64,000 nt of DNA from NCBI GenBank assembly GCA_026986375.1, contig JALSOQ010000010.1, positions 26,998 through 90,997 on the forward strand. Direction: 5' to 3'. This document shows positions 46,592 through 55,980 of this stretch, piece after piece. This DNA is from Archaeoglobaceae archaeon (GTDB taxonomy: Archaea > Halobacteriota > Archaeoglobi > Archaeoglobales > Archaeoglobaceae). Each line of letters opens with the position of its first letter. Within the stretch, counting starts at the first letter, position 1. The notes below the pieces were generated by a model that made no database searches, was not told the DNA's origin, and saw only the letters and a program-made list of their open reading frames with translations. The position numbers were made by a program, and so were the translations under genes.

Positions 46592-47278
46592 GTGAAGCAG
46601 AGGTTCGTCTTGGACACGACAGCCATAACCGATGCGGGACTGAGGGCAAAGGAGGGTTACGAGTCTATATGCGAGTCCGCTCAGGAGATTTTGGATCTCA
46701 TAGCCAAGGCGAGGCTCAAGCTGAACATAAGCTGTTACATACCCTATCCGACGGTTTACGCTGAATTGGTTAGTTTCCTAAAGAGGCACAAGTGCAACGA
46801 AGAGGTTTTCATAAAGCTCGACACGTGGCTCGTAAAGAAGACTCCCAACAGATACGAGGTGAAGATTCCGGCGGCGATCTTCTACGAATACGTTTCTACG
46901 ATGAGGCAGAAGATAAACAAGGGAAGGAAGATAGCGGAGGAGTTCATATGGGAGAGCTCCGCGCTCGGGGTGAAGTATTCGGACAACAGGGAAGAGCTCG
47001 AAAGGGAGATAGGGAACCTAATAGGTAAGTTCAGGGACAAGTATAGGATGGCTCTGAGGCAGGGAATTTTGGACAGCGCTCCCGATTTGGACGTTCTACT
47101 CTTGGCCAAGGAGCTCGAAGCCGGGGTAGTGAGTAGCGATTTGGGGATAAGGAAGTGGAGCGAAAGATTGGGTTTGAGGTTCGTCGAGGCGTCGAAGTTC
47201 CCGAGGATGCTCAAGGAATACCTGACTCTGATGGAAGAAGACAGAAGGGCGAGCGAAGAGGAGGAGTTACTGGTCTAA
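46592..47278 (+). CDS. PIN-like domain protein, RNA ligase partner (MJ_0950) family candidate
   Basis: The [10 protein letters not shown]-terminal acidic PIN-like motif and a late [19 protein letters not shown] motif. The family call is from memory. Confidence 0.5.
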   Translation: MKQRFVLDTTAITDAGLRAKEGYESICESAQEILDLIAKARLKLNISCYIPYPTVYAELVSFLKRHKCNEEVFIKLDTWLVKKTPNRYEVKIPAAIFYEYVSTMRQKINKGRKIAEEFIWESSALGVKYSDNREELEREIGNLIGKFRDKYRMALRQGILDSAPDLDVLLLAKELEAGVVSSDLGIRKWSERLGLRFVEASKFPRMLKEYLTLMEEDRRASEEEELLV

Positions 47279-47719
47279 AACTACCCTTTCAACTTCATCC
47301 AAGAACTTCGAAACGTCCAGCCCCAACTCCTTCGCGACTATCAAAGCCACGACTTCGACGCTGAGAAGGTTTCCGAGCTCTTCCTGCCTCCTATTTATCA
47401 TCGCAACGACCTCTCCGAAACTCTTTCCAGTCTTCTCCGCTATTTCTTCCACAATTCTGTCGAATACGGGTTTTTCCGAAAATATCGATTCGTCCGGCCT
47501 GAAGTCCACCGGAACCTCCACCTCGTCTAAATCGAAAGTGGGCGTGAGTTCTTCGTTTCCCATAAGCAGTCCCTTCTCCAGAGCCAGATCTACGACCCTC
47601 TTCGCCTCCTCGTGCGAAAACCAGCCTAAGTCGAATGTGAGGGTCATGATCAGTTCCGACTTCTTCATCGAACGCTTCCCCTTGCTCTTGAAAGCGGAAG
47701 CGATCGTTTCCTTGAGCAT
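47267..47719 (-). CDS. conserved archaeal hypothetical protein (DUF2240-like)
   Basis: The start at MLKETIAS (47719) is preferred. The region upstream of it overlaps hypD. Confidence 0.45.
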   Translation of the reverse strand: MLKETIASAFKSKGKRSMKKSELIMTLTFDLGWFSHEEAKRVVDLALEKGLLMGNEELTPTFDLDEVEVPVDFRPDESIFSEKPVFDRIVEEIAEKTGKSFGEVVAMINRRQEELGNLLSVEVVALIVAKELGLDVSKFLDEVERVVLDQ

Positions 47720-47723
47720 CCCC

Positions 47724-48788
47724 TCACCCCCTAACGCCGAACCTCGCCCATATGTTGCACATCCCTTCAACGCTCACCATACACGGGCCGACCGGATTTT
47801 TCGGAGTGCAAGCTTTCATGAAGAGGGGGCAGTCCTTGGGTTCTATCAACCCCCTGAGAAGTTCCCCGCACCTGCAGGCCTTCTTCTTAACATCCTCCTT
47901 CGGAACGAAGTCTTCGAAAACGTCTTCGAAAACTTTTAATGCGTCGAAGTCTTCGAACTCCCTTCTTATCTTAGCCCCCGACTTCGGAACCACTCCAAGT
48001 CCCCTCCACTCCCAATCTTCTCTATCGAAAACGGCATTCATAACCTCCTGAGCTTTAACGTTTCCCTCGTATTTAACTGCCCGGGTGTATTCGTTCCTAA
48101 CACCCCTCTCGCCGTTCTTTATCATTCTTAAGAGCATGAGTATCGCGAGCATGACGTCTTCTGGCTCGAATCCGGCTATGACTTGAGGAAAATCTATGTG
48201 CTCGTAAGCTTTCACCCCCACTATCGTAGAAACGTGTCCGGGATTTATGAACCCGTCTATCTTAACGTCTCCTAATGATAGCAGGTGCTCCATCGCCGGA
48301 ACGAAAAATCTGTGCGCCGAGAAGACGTAGAAATCCTCCACACCTTCCATTATAGCCAGAGCTGTGGAGGGCATAGTAGTTTCGAACCCTATCGCGAAGA
48401 ATACTACGGGTTTTTCGGATTTTTTAGCCATCTCCAAGGCGTCGAATACGCTGTAAACCATTCTCACGTCGTATCCCTTGGCTTTGTAGTAGAAGAGGGA
48501 TTTTCCTTCAAAGGGGACCCTCGCCATGTCTCCAAATGTGGCGAGAGTTACTTTCTTCCTTTCGAGCAGGTGAAACACCCTCTGGAGGTCTCCGTCGGGA
48601 GTTATGCATACCGGACAACCCGGACCGCTTACGAGTTTGACGTTTTCCGGCAGTAAACTCCTGAGGTTGTATCTCGTTACGGTGTCCTCGTGAGTTCCGC
48701 AGAGGTGCATTATCCTAATCCTTCCCAATCCTTCGGATTCCCTCCTTATCGCCTCGGCCAGCTTACGGATTATCTCCTTCCTTTCCAT
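47724..48788 (-). CDS. hypD: [NiFe]-hydrogenase maturation protein HypD
   Basis: MHLCGTHED, GPGCPVCITP and FETT motifs plus the C-terminal CxxC.. pattern. Confidence 0.9.
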   Translation of the reverse strand: MERKEIIRKLAEAIRRESEGLGRIRIMHLCGTHEDTVTRYNLRSLLPENVKLVSGPGCPVCITPDGDLQRVFHLLERKKVTLATFGDMARVPFEGKSLFYYKAKGYDVRMVYSVFDALEMAKKSEKPVVFFAIGFETTMPSTALAIMEGVEDFYVFSAHRFFVPAMEHLLSLGDVKIDGFINPGHVSTIVGVKAYEHIDFPQVIAGFEPEDVMLAILMLLRMIKNGERGVRNEYTRAVKYEGNVKAQEVMNAVFDREDWEWRGLGVVPKSGAKIRREFEDFDALKVFEDVFEDFVPKEDVKKKACRCGELLRGLIEPKDCPLFMKACTPKNPVGPCMVSVEGMCNIWARFGVRG

Positions 48789-50169
48789 GGGTTCGCGTAT
48801 GGCAGTCTTTATTTACCCGTTTCGAATACCCTTTGACGTGTCGGTGACGGTCAGCGACTTCATAATACTGACGGAAGTTCTTAGGAGGTCGGAGGAGATA
48901 AAGCCCACACAGCACGCGAAGAGGATGGTTTTCGAAAAGCACGGGATACTTGGCACGAGCGCAGATAGAAAGCTCACGGCAGTTTACTACAAGCTCATGA
49001 AGAGGCTCGGGATAATAGACAGAATAATAAGGGAAATCGTGGGCGTCCATCAGAACATACTCGACCCTTGGCTGAGAGCCGCTTTGAGAGTTACGGTAGA
49101 GTTCCTCGTCTTCGAAAAGAAGTTCGTTAAGAGGTTGGACTTCGAGAAGACCAGGAAGGCTATGTCCGACTTCCTCTCCAAGAGCACGCATCCCTACGTG
49201 GGAATGTTCTACTTCGAAATCTTCGACAGAATAAAGGACTACGAGCTAAAGCCAAAGGACGAGATAGAGGAGCTCGAACTCAAATACCTCCTACCGGCTT
49301 GGTATATAAGGAAGATGAAGGAGCTTTTGGGCGATGAAGCTGAGGATTTATTCAAAGCCTTGAACGAGGAACCTCCGATAAGCGTCAGAGTGAACACGCT
49401 CAAGGCGAGCGTTGAAGAAGTTATGGAAGAGCTCAGGAGGTTGGGGAAAAGGGTTACGAGGAGCAAAGTTGTTCCGACGGTTCTCAAGTTCAACGGCCCT
49501 TTCGACTTCGACAGATCGAAGCTATACGGAAAGGGCAAGTTCGTTATTCAGGAGGAAGCGGCCGCGCTGGCATCGATACTGCTCGATCCCAAGCCGGGAG
49601 AAACCGTAGTGGACTTGTGTGCCGCTCCCGGCGGGAAGACGATACACATGGCAGAACTCATGGAAAATAAGGGAATAATACACGCGTTCGACGTGGATGA
49701 GCTAAGGATAAGGAGGATGGAGGATCTGATAAGGCGTTGCGGAGTCAGAATAGTCAGGATTTACAAGAGAGATGCGAGGACGGCTCCGAGGGTTTTGGGA
49801 ACGGGCGTGGCCGACAGGGTTATGGTCGATGCCCCGTGCACTTCCGACGGAACGCTCATGAAGAACCCCGAGCTCAGGTGGAGGATCAGGGAGGAGAAGA
49901 TTCCCGACATCGCGGAGTTGCAGTTCCAGCTTCTCAAGACTGCCATAAAGCTCGCGAAGAGGGGAGGAAGGATTTTGTATTGCACGTGCTCGATGTTCAA
50001 GGAGGAGAACGAGGAAGTCGTTAAGAGGGCGTTGGAGGATGGGGAAGTCAAGCTCGTCCCGTTGGAAGGTTACTACTCTGAAGGCTTTCTTAAGGGAACG
50101 ATTAGGGCGTTCCCCCACAGGCACAAGACGATAGGCTTCTTCTACGCTTTGCTCGAGAAGGTGAGCTAA
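48787..50169 (+). CDS. NOL1/NOP2/Sun family RNA cytosine-C5 methyltransferase
   Basis: DLCAAPGGKT SAM motif and catalytic Cys contexts DAPCTSDG and YCTCS. Start uncertain: 48787, 48799 or the GTG at 48838. Confidence 0.8.
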   Translation: MGSRMAVFIYPFRIPFDVSVTVSDFIILTEVLRRSEEIKPTQHAKRMVFEKHGILGTSADRKLTAVYYKLMKRLGIIDRIIREIVGVHQNILDPWLRAALRVTVEFLVFEKKFVKRLDFEKTRKAMSDFLSKSTHPYVGMFYFEIFDRIKDYELKPKDEIEELELKYLLPAWYIRKMKELLGDEAEDLFKALNEEPPISVRVNTLKASVEEVMEELRRLGKRVTRSKVVPTVLKFNGPFDFDRSKLYGKGKFVIQEEAAALASILLDPKPGETVVDLCAAPGGKTIHMAELMENKGIIHAFDVDELRIRRMEDLIRRCGVRIVRIYKRDARTAPRVLGTGVADRVMVDAPCTSDGTLMKNPELRWRIREEKIPDIAELQFQLLKTAIKLAKRGGRILYCTCSMFKEENEEVVKRALEDGEVKLVPLEGYYSEGFLKGTIRAFPHRHKTIGFFYALLEKVS

Positions 50170-50198
50170 TATATATATCAAAGGCTAAATTTCGTTCC

Positions 50199-50870
50199 AT
50201 GAAGGTGGGCGTAATCTCCGATGTCCACGGAAACCTCGTAGCCCTCACGGAGGTTCTTGACAGGCTCAACGACTGCGACGTGATATACTGCGCTGGAGAT
50301 GTAGTCGGATATTATCCGTTCCCTAATGAAGTGATCGAACTGTTTATTAAGGAGGAGATAAAGAGCGTTATGGGAAATCACGATTACGCGGTAGCGAACA
50401 ACGACTTTTCGGGATTCAACCCATACGCAGAGGAGGCGGGGAGATGGACGAGGGAACACTTGGAGAGAGAGTATTTGAAGTGGCTCTCCGAGCTCCCTAT
50501 AAAAATCGAAACGGAGTGGTTCAACATCTACCACGGAGCTCCGGCGGACGACGAGTTGGCTTTTGAAGTATACATCTTTCCCGAGGATCCGATGATAGAG
50601 GAATTCGTAAGAACGCTTAAAGTGAACTTGGTGGTTGGACATACGCACATTCAGTTTTTGAGATATTTCGGCGACCTGTTCTTTCTAAATCCCGGTAGTG
50701 TCGGACAGCCGAGAGATGGTGATTCGAGAGCGGCTTTTGCAATTTTAGACACCGAGGCAAGCAAAGTAATACTTAAGAGGGTGAAATACAACATAGAGGA
50801 GGTATGCGACGCGGTAATGAAGGAAGGACTGCCTGAATTCTTATGTTTCAGACTTTACGAGGGATGGTAA
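50199..50870 (+). CDS. metallophosphoesterase (YfcE/MJ0936-like)
   Basis: VISDVHGN, GDVVGY, GNHD and GHTH motifs. Confidence 0.8.
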   Translation: MKVGVISDVHGNLVALTEVLDRLNDCDVIYCAGDVVGYYPFPNEVIELFIKEEIKSVMGNHDYAVANNDFSGFNPYAEEAGRWTREHLEREYLKWLSELPIKIETEWFNIYHGAPADDELAFEVYIFPEDPMIEEFVRTLKVNLVVGHTHIQFLRYFGDLFFLNPGSVGQPRDGDSRAAFAILDTEASKVILKRVKYNIEEVCDAVMKEGLPEFLCFRLYEGW

Positions 50871-51044
50871 TTGATTTTAATTAAAAAAATTAATTATTTT
50901 TCATGTTATTTACTACCACAGTTGTAAATGATAAATATTACCACCTTACTTGTTTAGAATTATGAAGCAACACGTTTCGCAAAATTTATTATGTTTAATA
51001 TGATCTACCATTGATTAATTGGTAACGCTCTATCGAACTTAGGG

Positions 51045-53141
51045 GTGGTAAAGGTGCCGAAGGTCGGAGTGTATATCTGTCATTGTGGAGAAAACATAGC
51101 CGGAGCGGTAAACATCGAGGAAGTGAAGAAGTTTGCAGAGAAGTTGCCTGACGTCGTTGTCGTGAGGGATTACCTTTTCATGTGTTCCGATCCCGGGCAG
51201 GAGCTTATCAAGGAGGACATTAGGAAGGGTTTGGTTGACAGAGTTGTAGTAGCTGCGTGCACACCGAGGACGCACGAGCCGATTTTCAGGAGGGCGTGCG
51301 AGGAGGCCGGATTGAACAAATACTTCTTCGAGATGGTGAACATCAGGGATCAGTGCTCTTGGGCACACTGGCACGAGAAGGAGAAAGCTACCGAAAAGGC
51401 GAAGCAACTCATAGCCGCCGGAGTGGCGAAGGCGAGGTTGCTCGAACCTTTGGAGGACAGATACGTCGAACTCAACAAGGACGTCCTCGTTATAGGTGGG
51501 GGTATCGCTGGAATCTTCGCATCCCTCGATCTGGCAAACGCTGGATTTAAGGTCTATTTGGTCGAGAAGTCCCCGTCGATCGGAGGAAACATGGCTAAAT
51601 TGGATAAGACTTTCCCCACCAACGACTGCTCCGCATGCATCCTCACACCGTTGATGGTGGAAGTTGCGAACCATCCCAACATAGAGCTGATAACATATGC
51701 GGAAGTCGAATCGGTTGAGGGGACGGTTGGAAACTTCAGGGTTAAGGTGAGGAAGAAGCAGACCTACGTGGACTGGAACAAGTGCACCGGATGTGGTGCT
51801 TGCTTGAACGTCTGTCCGCCGAAGGCGAGGGTGCCGGATGAGTTCAACGAAGGGTTGAGCTTGAGAGGAGCCATATACATCCCGTTCCCGCAGGCTGTGC
51901 CGAAGAAGGCTGTGATAGATCCGGAAGCTTGTGTTAGCTGTAGCGGAAGGTGGTTCGGGGAGGAGCCGAGGAAGACTAAGGACGGAAAACCCATCTTAGC
52001 TCCATGCGAAAGAGTATGTCCGACTGGAGCTTGCAGCAGGGACGAGCCGAGGGATCCGAACGGGGAGTTGATAGAGCTCAACGTCGGTGCGATTATCGTC
52101 GCCACCGGTTACAGAGTGATGGACAAGAAGAACTTCAAGGAGTTCTCTCCGGATTCGCCGAACGTCATAACCGCTTTACAGATGGAGAGGCTTATCTCAG
52201 CCACTGGCCCGACGGAGGGTAAGCTGATAGTTCCTTCCGACATTCCGAAGTATCTTGAGTGGAAGAAGAGGGTTGAGAAGGGACAGGAGGCGGAGTTGGA
52301 CGTTAGGAAGCCGAAAGTGATAACTTTCGTATCCTGCGTCGGTTCGAGGGACGAGAGATACCACACCTACTGTTCCAAGGTCTGCTGTATGTACATGCTG
52401 AAGCAGGCGATGCTGTTGAAGGAGAAGTATCCCGATCTGGACATATACATATTCTTCATAGACGTGAGAACTCCCGGAAAGGACTTCGACGAATACTACA
52501 TGCGTTGCAGGCAGTTGGGTGTGAAGATAATAAAGGGTAAGGTCGGAGGAGTTCAGAGGTTGCCGGACGAGAGGTTGCTCGTTAGGGGATTCGATGCCGA
52601 TTTGGGCAAGCCGGTGGAGGTCGTCTCGGACATAGTAGTTCTCGCCACGGCCATCGAACCGAACTTGGATTTGAGGGATCTGGCGAGGAAGCTCGGCATA
52701 AACATTGGGGCGGAGGGATTCCTCAAGGAGAGGCACACGAAGCTATACCCAGTCGATACGATGACGGAAGGTATATTCATCTGCGGTTGCGCTCAGGGGC
52801 CGAAGGACATTCCAGATTCAGTAGCACAGGCCAAGGCTGCCGCAGCTTCGGCGATGTCGTTGCTCGCTCCGGGCAAAATGAAGGTAGAGCCGTTGATTTC
52901 TGAAGTCAACGAGGAGAAGTGCACCGGCTGTGGTATCTGCGTTCCGCTCTGTCCTTACGGTGCCATAGAATTGGTCGAAAAGAACGGAAGAAGAGTTTCG
53001 CACATAAACGAGGCGAAGTGTAAGGGATGCGGCGTCTGCACCGCAGCTTGCCCGAGCAAGGCGATAACCCTGCACGGCTTCACGTTCGAGCAAGTTCTGG
53101 CGCAAATTAGGACTCTCGCGAAGGGAGGTGTTGTAGAATGA
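51045..53141 (+). CDS. hdrA: heterodisulfide reductase subunit A (HdrA)
   Basis: N-terminal Cys cluster (ICHCGENI), FAD motif VIGGGIAG, several CxxCxxCxxxCP ferredoxin motifs; 698 aa. Confidence 0.9.
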   Translation: MVKVPKVGVYICHCGENIAGAVNIEEVKKFAEKLPDVVVVRDYLFMCSDPGQELIKEDIRKGLVDRVVVAACTPRTHEPIFRRACEEAGLNKYFFEMVNIRDQCSWAHWHEKEKATEKAKQLIAAGVAKARLLEPLEDRYVELNKDVLVIGGGIAGIFASLDLANAGFKVYLVEKSPSIGGNMAKLDKTFPTNDCSACILTPLMVEVANHPNIELITYAEVESVEGTVGNFRVKVRKKQTYVDWNKCTGCGACLNVCPPKARVPDEFNEGLSLRGAIYIPFPQAVPKKAVIDPEACVSCSGRWFGEEPRKTKDGKPILAPCERVCPTGACSRDEPRDPNGELIELNVGAIIVATGYRVMDKKNFKEFSPDSPNVITALQMERLISATGPTEGKLIVPSDIPKYLEWKKRVEKGQEAELDVRKPKVITFVSCVGSRDERYHTYCSKVCCMYMLKQAMLLKEKYPDLDIYIFFIDVRTPGKDFDEYYMRCRQLGVKIIKGKVGGVQRLPDERLLVRGFDADLGKPVEVVSDIVVLATAIEPNLDLRDLARKLGINIGAEGFLKERHTKLYPVDTMTEGIFICGCAQGPKDIPDSVAQAKAAAASAMSLLAPGKMKVEPLISEVNEEKCTGCGICVPLCPYGAIELVEKNGRRVSHINEAKCKGCGVCTAACPSKAITLHGFTFEQVLAQIRTLAKGGVVE

Positions 53142-53695
53142 TAGAGGGCGTCCCTTCGGTTTTAAATTTAACCGAAATAGCTGAAAGAGAAAAGGAGGAG
53201 TTTGGAAAGAGAGTTTACGAAGTGATTAAGGAGCTCGGAGCGGAGAGGATAACGTTCTGCATGCAGTGCGGAGCCTGTGCCTCTATTTGTCCGTTGGCGA
53301 GGGTAGGTTTCGAATGGTTCAACAAGAAGCTGATTAAGGCGCTGTTGTTGGGATTAAAGGAGGAGCTCTTGGACGATCCTACGCCGTGGGCTTGCGTGGC
53401 ATGCAACAGGTGCACCGAGGTGTGTCCGAGGGACGTTTCGCCTTTCGAAGTGATGTTCGCGATGAGGAGGCTGATGGTCGAGGAATTCGCCATTCCTACG
53501 TTAGCGATAGAAGCTCTTAGGAGCCTATACGAGCACGGACATGCGGTTTACATGACCGGAAGGGAGGCGAGGAAGAAGGTAGGCTTGCCAGAAAAACCGC
53601 CTTCGACAGATTCGGACGAAAAGGCCTTGGAGGATTTGAGGAAGATTTTGAAGGAAACGAAGCTGGCGAGTTTAGGATTGATTCCGATGGAGTGA
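53138..53695 (+). CDS. hdrC: heterodisulfide reductase subunit C (HdrC)
   Basis: Two 4Fe-4S motifs (CMQCGACASICP; CVACNRCTEVCP). ATGA overlap with hdrA. Confidence 0.85.
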   Translation: MIEGVPSVLNLTEIAEREKEEFGKRVYEVIKELGAERITFCMQCGACASICPLARVGFEWFNKKLIKALLLGLKEELLDDPTPWACVACNRCTEVCPRDVSPFEVMFAMRRLMVEEFAIPTLAIEALRSLYEHGHAVYMTGREARKKVGLPEKPPSTDSDEKALEDLRKILKETKLASLGLIPME

Positions 53696-53705
53696 GGTGG
53701 TCACG

Positions 53706-54605
53706 ATGAAATACGGGTTATTTTTGGGTTGCAACATTCCGTTCAACAGGCCTGATGTCGAAGTTTCTATGAGGGAGATATTTCCGGCTTTGGGAATAGA
53801 GTTGGACGATCTGAGGGGGCAGTCCTGCTGTCCTACTTGGGGAACATTGCCATCCATAGACGTCGTCGGATGGTGTGCCGTAGCTGCGAGAAACCTCGCG
53901 TTGGGAGAGGAGAGGGGTATTGACTTGATGACCGCATGCAACTCATGTTACGGAAGCCTAAACGAGGCGAGGCACAAGATGCTGACGAATCCGGAGATAA
54001 TGGAAAAGGTGAACGAGATACTCGCAAAGATAGGGAAGAAATACGAAGGAAGGGCGAAGTGCAGGCACGTAGCTTGGGTTCTCTACAAAGACGTGGGCTT
54101 GGAGAAGCTCAGGGAATCCATAAAGTTCTCTCTCGAAGGTTTGACCGTAGCCGTGCAACCGGGGTGTCACTTCCTCTGGCCGTCCAAAGTTTATCCCGAC
54201 AAGGAAGAGGATCCGTTCAACCCCAAAGTGTTGAGGGAGATATGCGAGGCGTTGGGTGCCGATGCGCCTTACTATTCGAGACTCATAGACTGTTGCGGAA
54301 TGGGAGCTCTTAGGAGCACTGATCCGGAGAAGTCTTTCAAGCTCGTCAAGGATAAGCTCGAGTGCATAAAGGAGGAGATAGATGCGGACCTAATAGTTAC
54401 GACGTGCTCCTCCTGTCTGATTCAGTTGGACGATGCGCAGGAACAGCTTAGGAAGAAGGGAGAGATAAACTTCTCGATTCCGGTGTTCCACCTCGTTCAA
54501 ATAGTCGCCATCTGCATGGGTTTCGATCCGAGTAGGGTGGCCGGCATTTGCGTTACTCCGAGGGATGAGGTGATAAAGAAGATTTTGGAGAATGAGGTGA
54601 GGTGA
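53706..54605 (+). CDS. hdrB: heterodisulfide reductase subunit B (HdrB)
   Basis: Two CCG domains (QSCCPTWG...; IDCCGMGA...). The ATG at 53706 (MKYGLFLGC) is preferred over the GTG at 53697. Confidence 0.9.
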   Translation: MKYGLFLGCNIPFNRPDVEVSMREIFPALGIELDDLRGQSCCPTWGTLPSIDVVGWCAVAARNLALGEERGIDLMTACNSCYGSLNEARHKMLTNPEIMEKVNEILAKIGKKYEGRAKCRHVAWVLYKDVGLEKLRESIKFSLEGLTVAVQPGCHFLWPSKVYPDKEEDPFNPKVLREICEALGADAPYYSRLIDCCGMGALRSTDPEKSFKLVKDKLECIKEEIDADLIVTTCSSCLIQLDDAQEQLRKKGEINFSIPVFHLVQIVAICMGFDPSRVAGICVTPRDEVIKKILENEVR

Positions 54606-55016
54606 ATGAGCGATTGGGAGCCGAACATAGTGGTTATAGCGTGCAACTGGTGCACTTATCAGGCTGCGGACTTGGCCGGGAGTTTGAGGTATTCGTATCC
54701 GCCGACCGTTAAGGTCGTAAGGGTTCCGTGCAGTGGAAGAGTCGAACCGGAGTTCGTTCTCGAAGCCTTGCTTAACGGGGCCGATGGGGTTCTGATAGGT
54801 GGGTGCCATCCCGGAGACTGCCACTACAAGGAAGGAAACTACAAAGCCCTTAGAAGGTTCAAGCTCCTCCACAAAGTCCTGACTGAACTCGGAATCGAAC
54901 CGGAGAGGGTAAGGCTGGAGTGGATTGGTGGTTCCGAGGGCTTGAAGTTTGCAGAAGTCATGAAGGAGTTCGACGCCACGATCAGAAAGTTGGGTCCTAA
55001 CCCGTTGAAGAGGTGA
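54606..55016 (+). CDS. mvhD: F420-non-reducing hydrogenase iron-sulfur subunit D (MvhD)
   Basis: IVVIACNWCTY...VPCSGRV pattern typical of MvhD; 136 aa. Confidence 0.85.
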   Translation: MSDWEPNIVVIACNWCTYQAADLAGSLRYSYPPTVKVVRVPCSGRVEPEFVLEALLNGADGVLIGGCHPGDCHYKEGNYKALRRFKLLHKVLTELGIEPERVRLEWIGGSEGLKFAEVMKEFDATIRKLGPNPLKR

Positions 55017-55020
55017 TTTT

Positions 55021-55980
55021 ATGGCGCTGAAGTTCGCCTTCTATTTGGCCGCAGGATGTGCCGGATGCGAGATGGCTCTCGTAGATCTCGCCGACAGGCT
55101 CGTCGACGCTTTGGAGCATTTGGAGGTAGTCTTCTGGGCTCCTACGGTCGCGGACGTTAAGTATAAGGACTTGGAGAAGATGCCGGACAAGTCGATAGAC
55201 GTGGCCTTGGTGGACGGTGCCGTGAGGCTCAGCGAGCAGGAGCACATTCTGAAAATTTTGAGGCAGAAATCGAAGATACTCGTAGCGTTCGGAATATGCG
55301 CGTCGATGGGTGGTATCGCGGGATTGGCCAACGTGCACACGAAGGAGGAGATCTTCGAGACGGTTTACTTCAAAACCTACAGCACCGACAACCCCGAGGG
55401 CGTCGTTCCCCAGACTAAGTGCGTAGTTGACGGAAAATACGAACTGACCCTTCCGGAATTCTTGGAGAAAGTTAAGCCGGTTTGCGAGGTAGTGGAGGTG
55501 GATTACTTCGTCGGCGGTTGTCCTCCACACCACGAGCACGTGGCTAAGATAGTTGAAGCTATAGTCAGCGGAAATCTCCCGCCCAAGGGTTCCTGGATAA
55601 CGGACGGCAAATCGGTATGCGACGTGTGTCCGAGAAATCCCGCTTCGAAGGGAGAGAAGAGGGAATTCGTTCGGGAAGTGAAGAGGACGATAGAAGGTGT
55701 GCCGGATGAGGAGAAGTGCCTCCTACAGCAGGGATACGTTTGCTTCGGGCCGATAACTCAGGGGGACTGCGGGGCGAGCTGTCCTAAGGTGAACATACCG
55801 TGCAGAGGTTGCGGAGGACCGTTGCCGGGAGTTAAGGACTTCGGAGCGAGGGCAATATCTGCGATAGGAAGCGTTCTTAGCGAAGAGGCAGTGGATCAGC
55901 TAATAGAGAAATACGGAAACCTGACGAAGCTGTTCTATAGATACTCCCTTCCTGCATCCCTTCTCGGCGGTAGGAGGTGA
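55021..55980 (+). CDS. mvhG: F420-non-reducing [NiFe]-hydrogenase small subunit (MvhG)
   Basis: The proximal-cluster Cys pattern (GCAGCEMA ...GGCPP) and distal Cys-rich region fit the family. Confidence 0.85.
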   Translation: MALKFAFYLAAGCAGCEMALVDLADRLVDALEHLEVVFWAPTVADVKYKDLEKMPDKSIDVALVDGAVRLSEQEHILKILRQKSKILVAFGICASMGGIAGLANVHTKEEIFETVYFKTYSTDNPEGVVPQTKCVVDGKYELTLPEFLEKVKPVCEVVEVDYFVGGCPPHHEHVAKIVEAIVSGNLPPKGSWITDGKSVCDVCPRNPASKGEKREFVREVKRTIEGVPDEEKCLLQQGYVCFGPITQGDCGASCPKVNIPCRGCGGPLPGVKDFGARAISAIGSVLSEEAVDQLIEKYGNLTKLFYRYSLPASLLGGRR

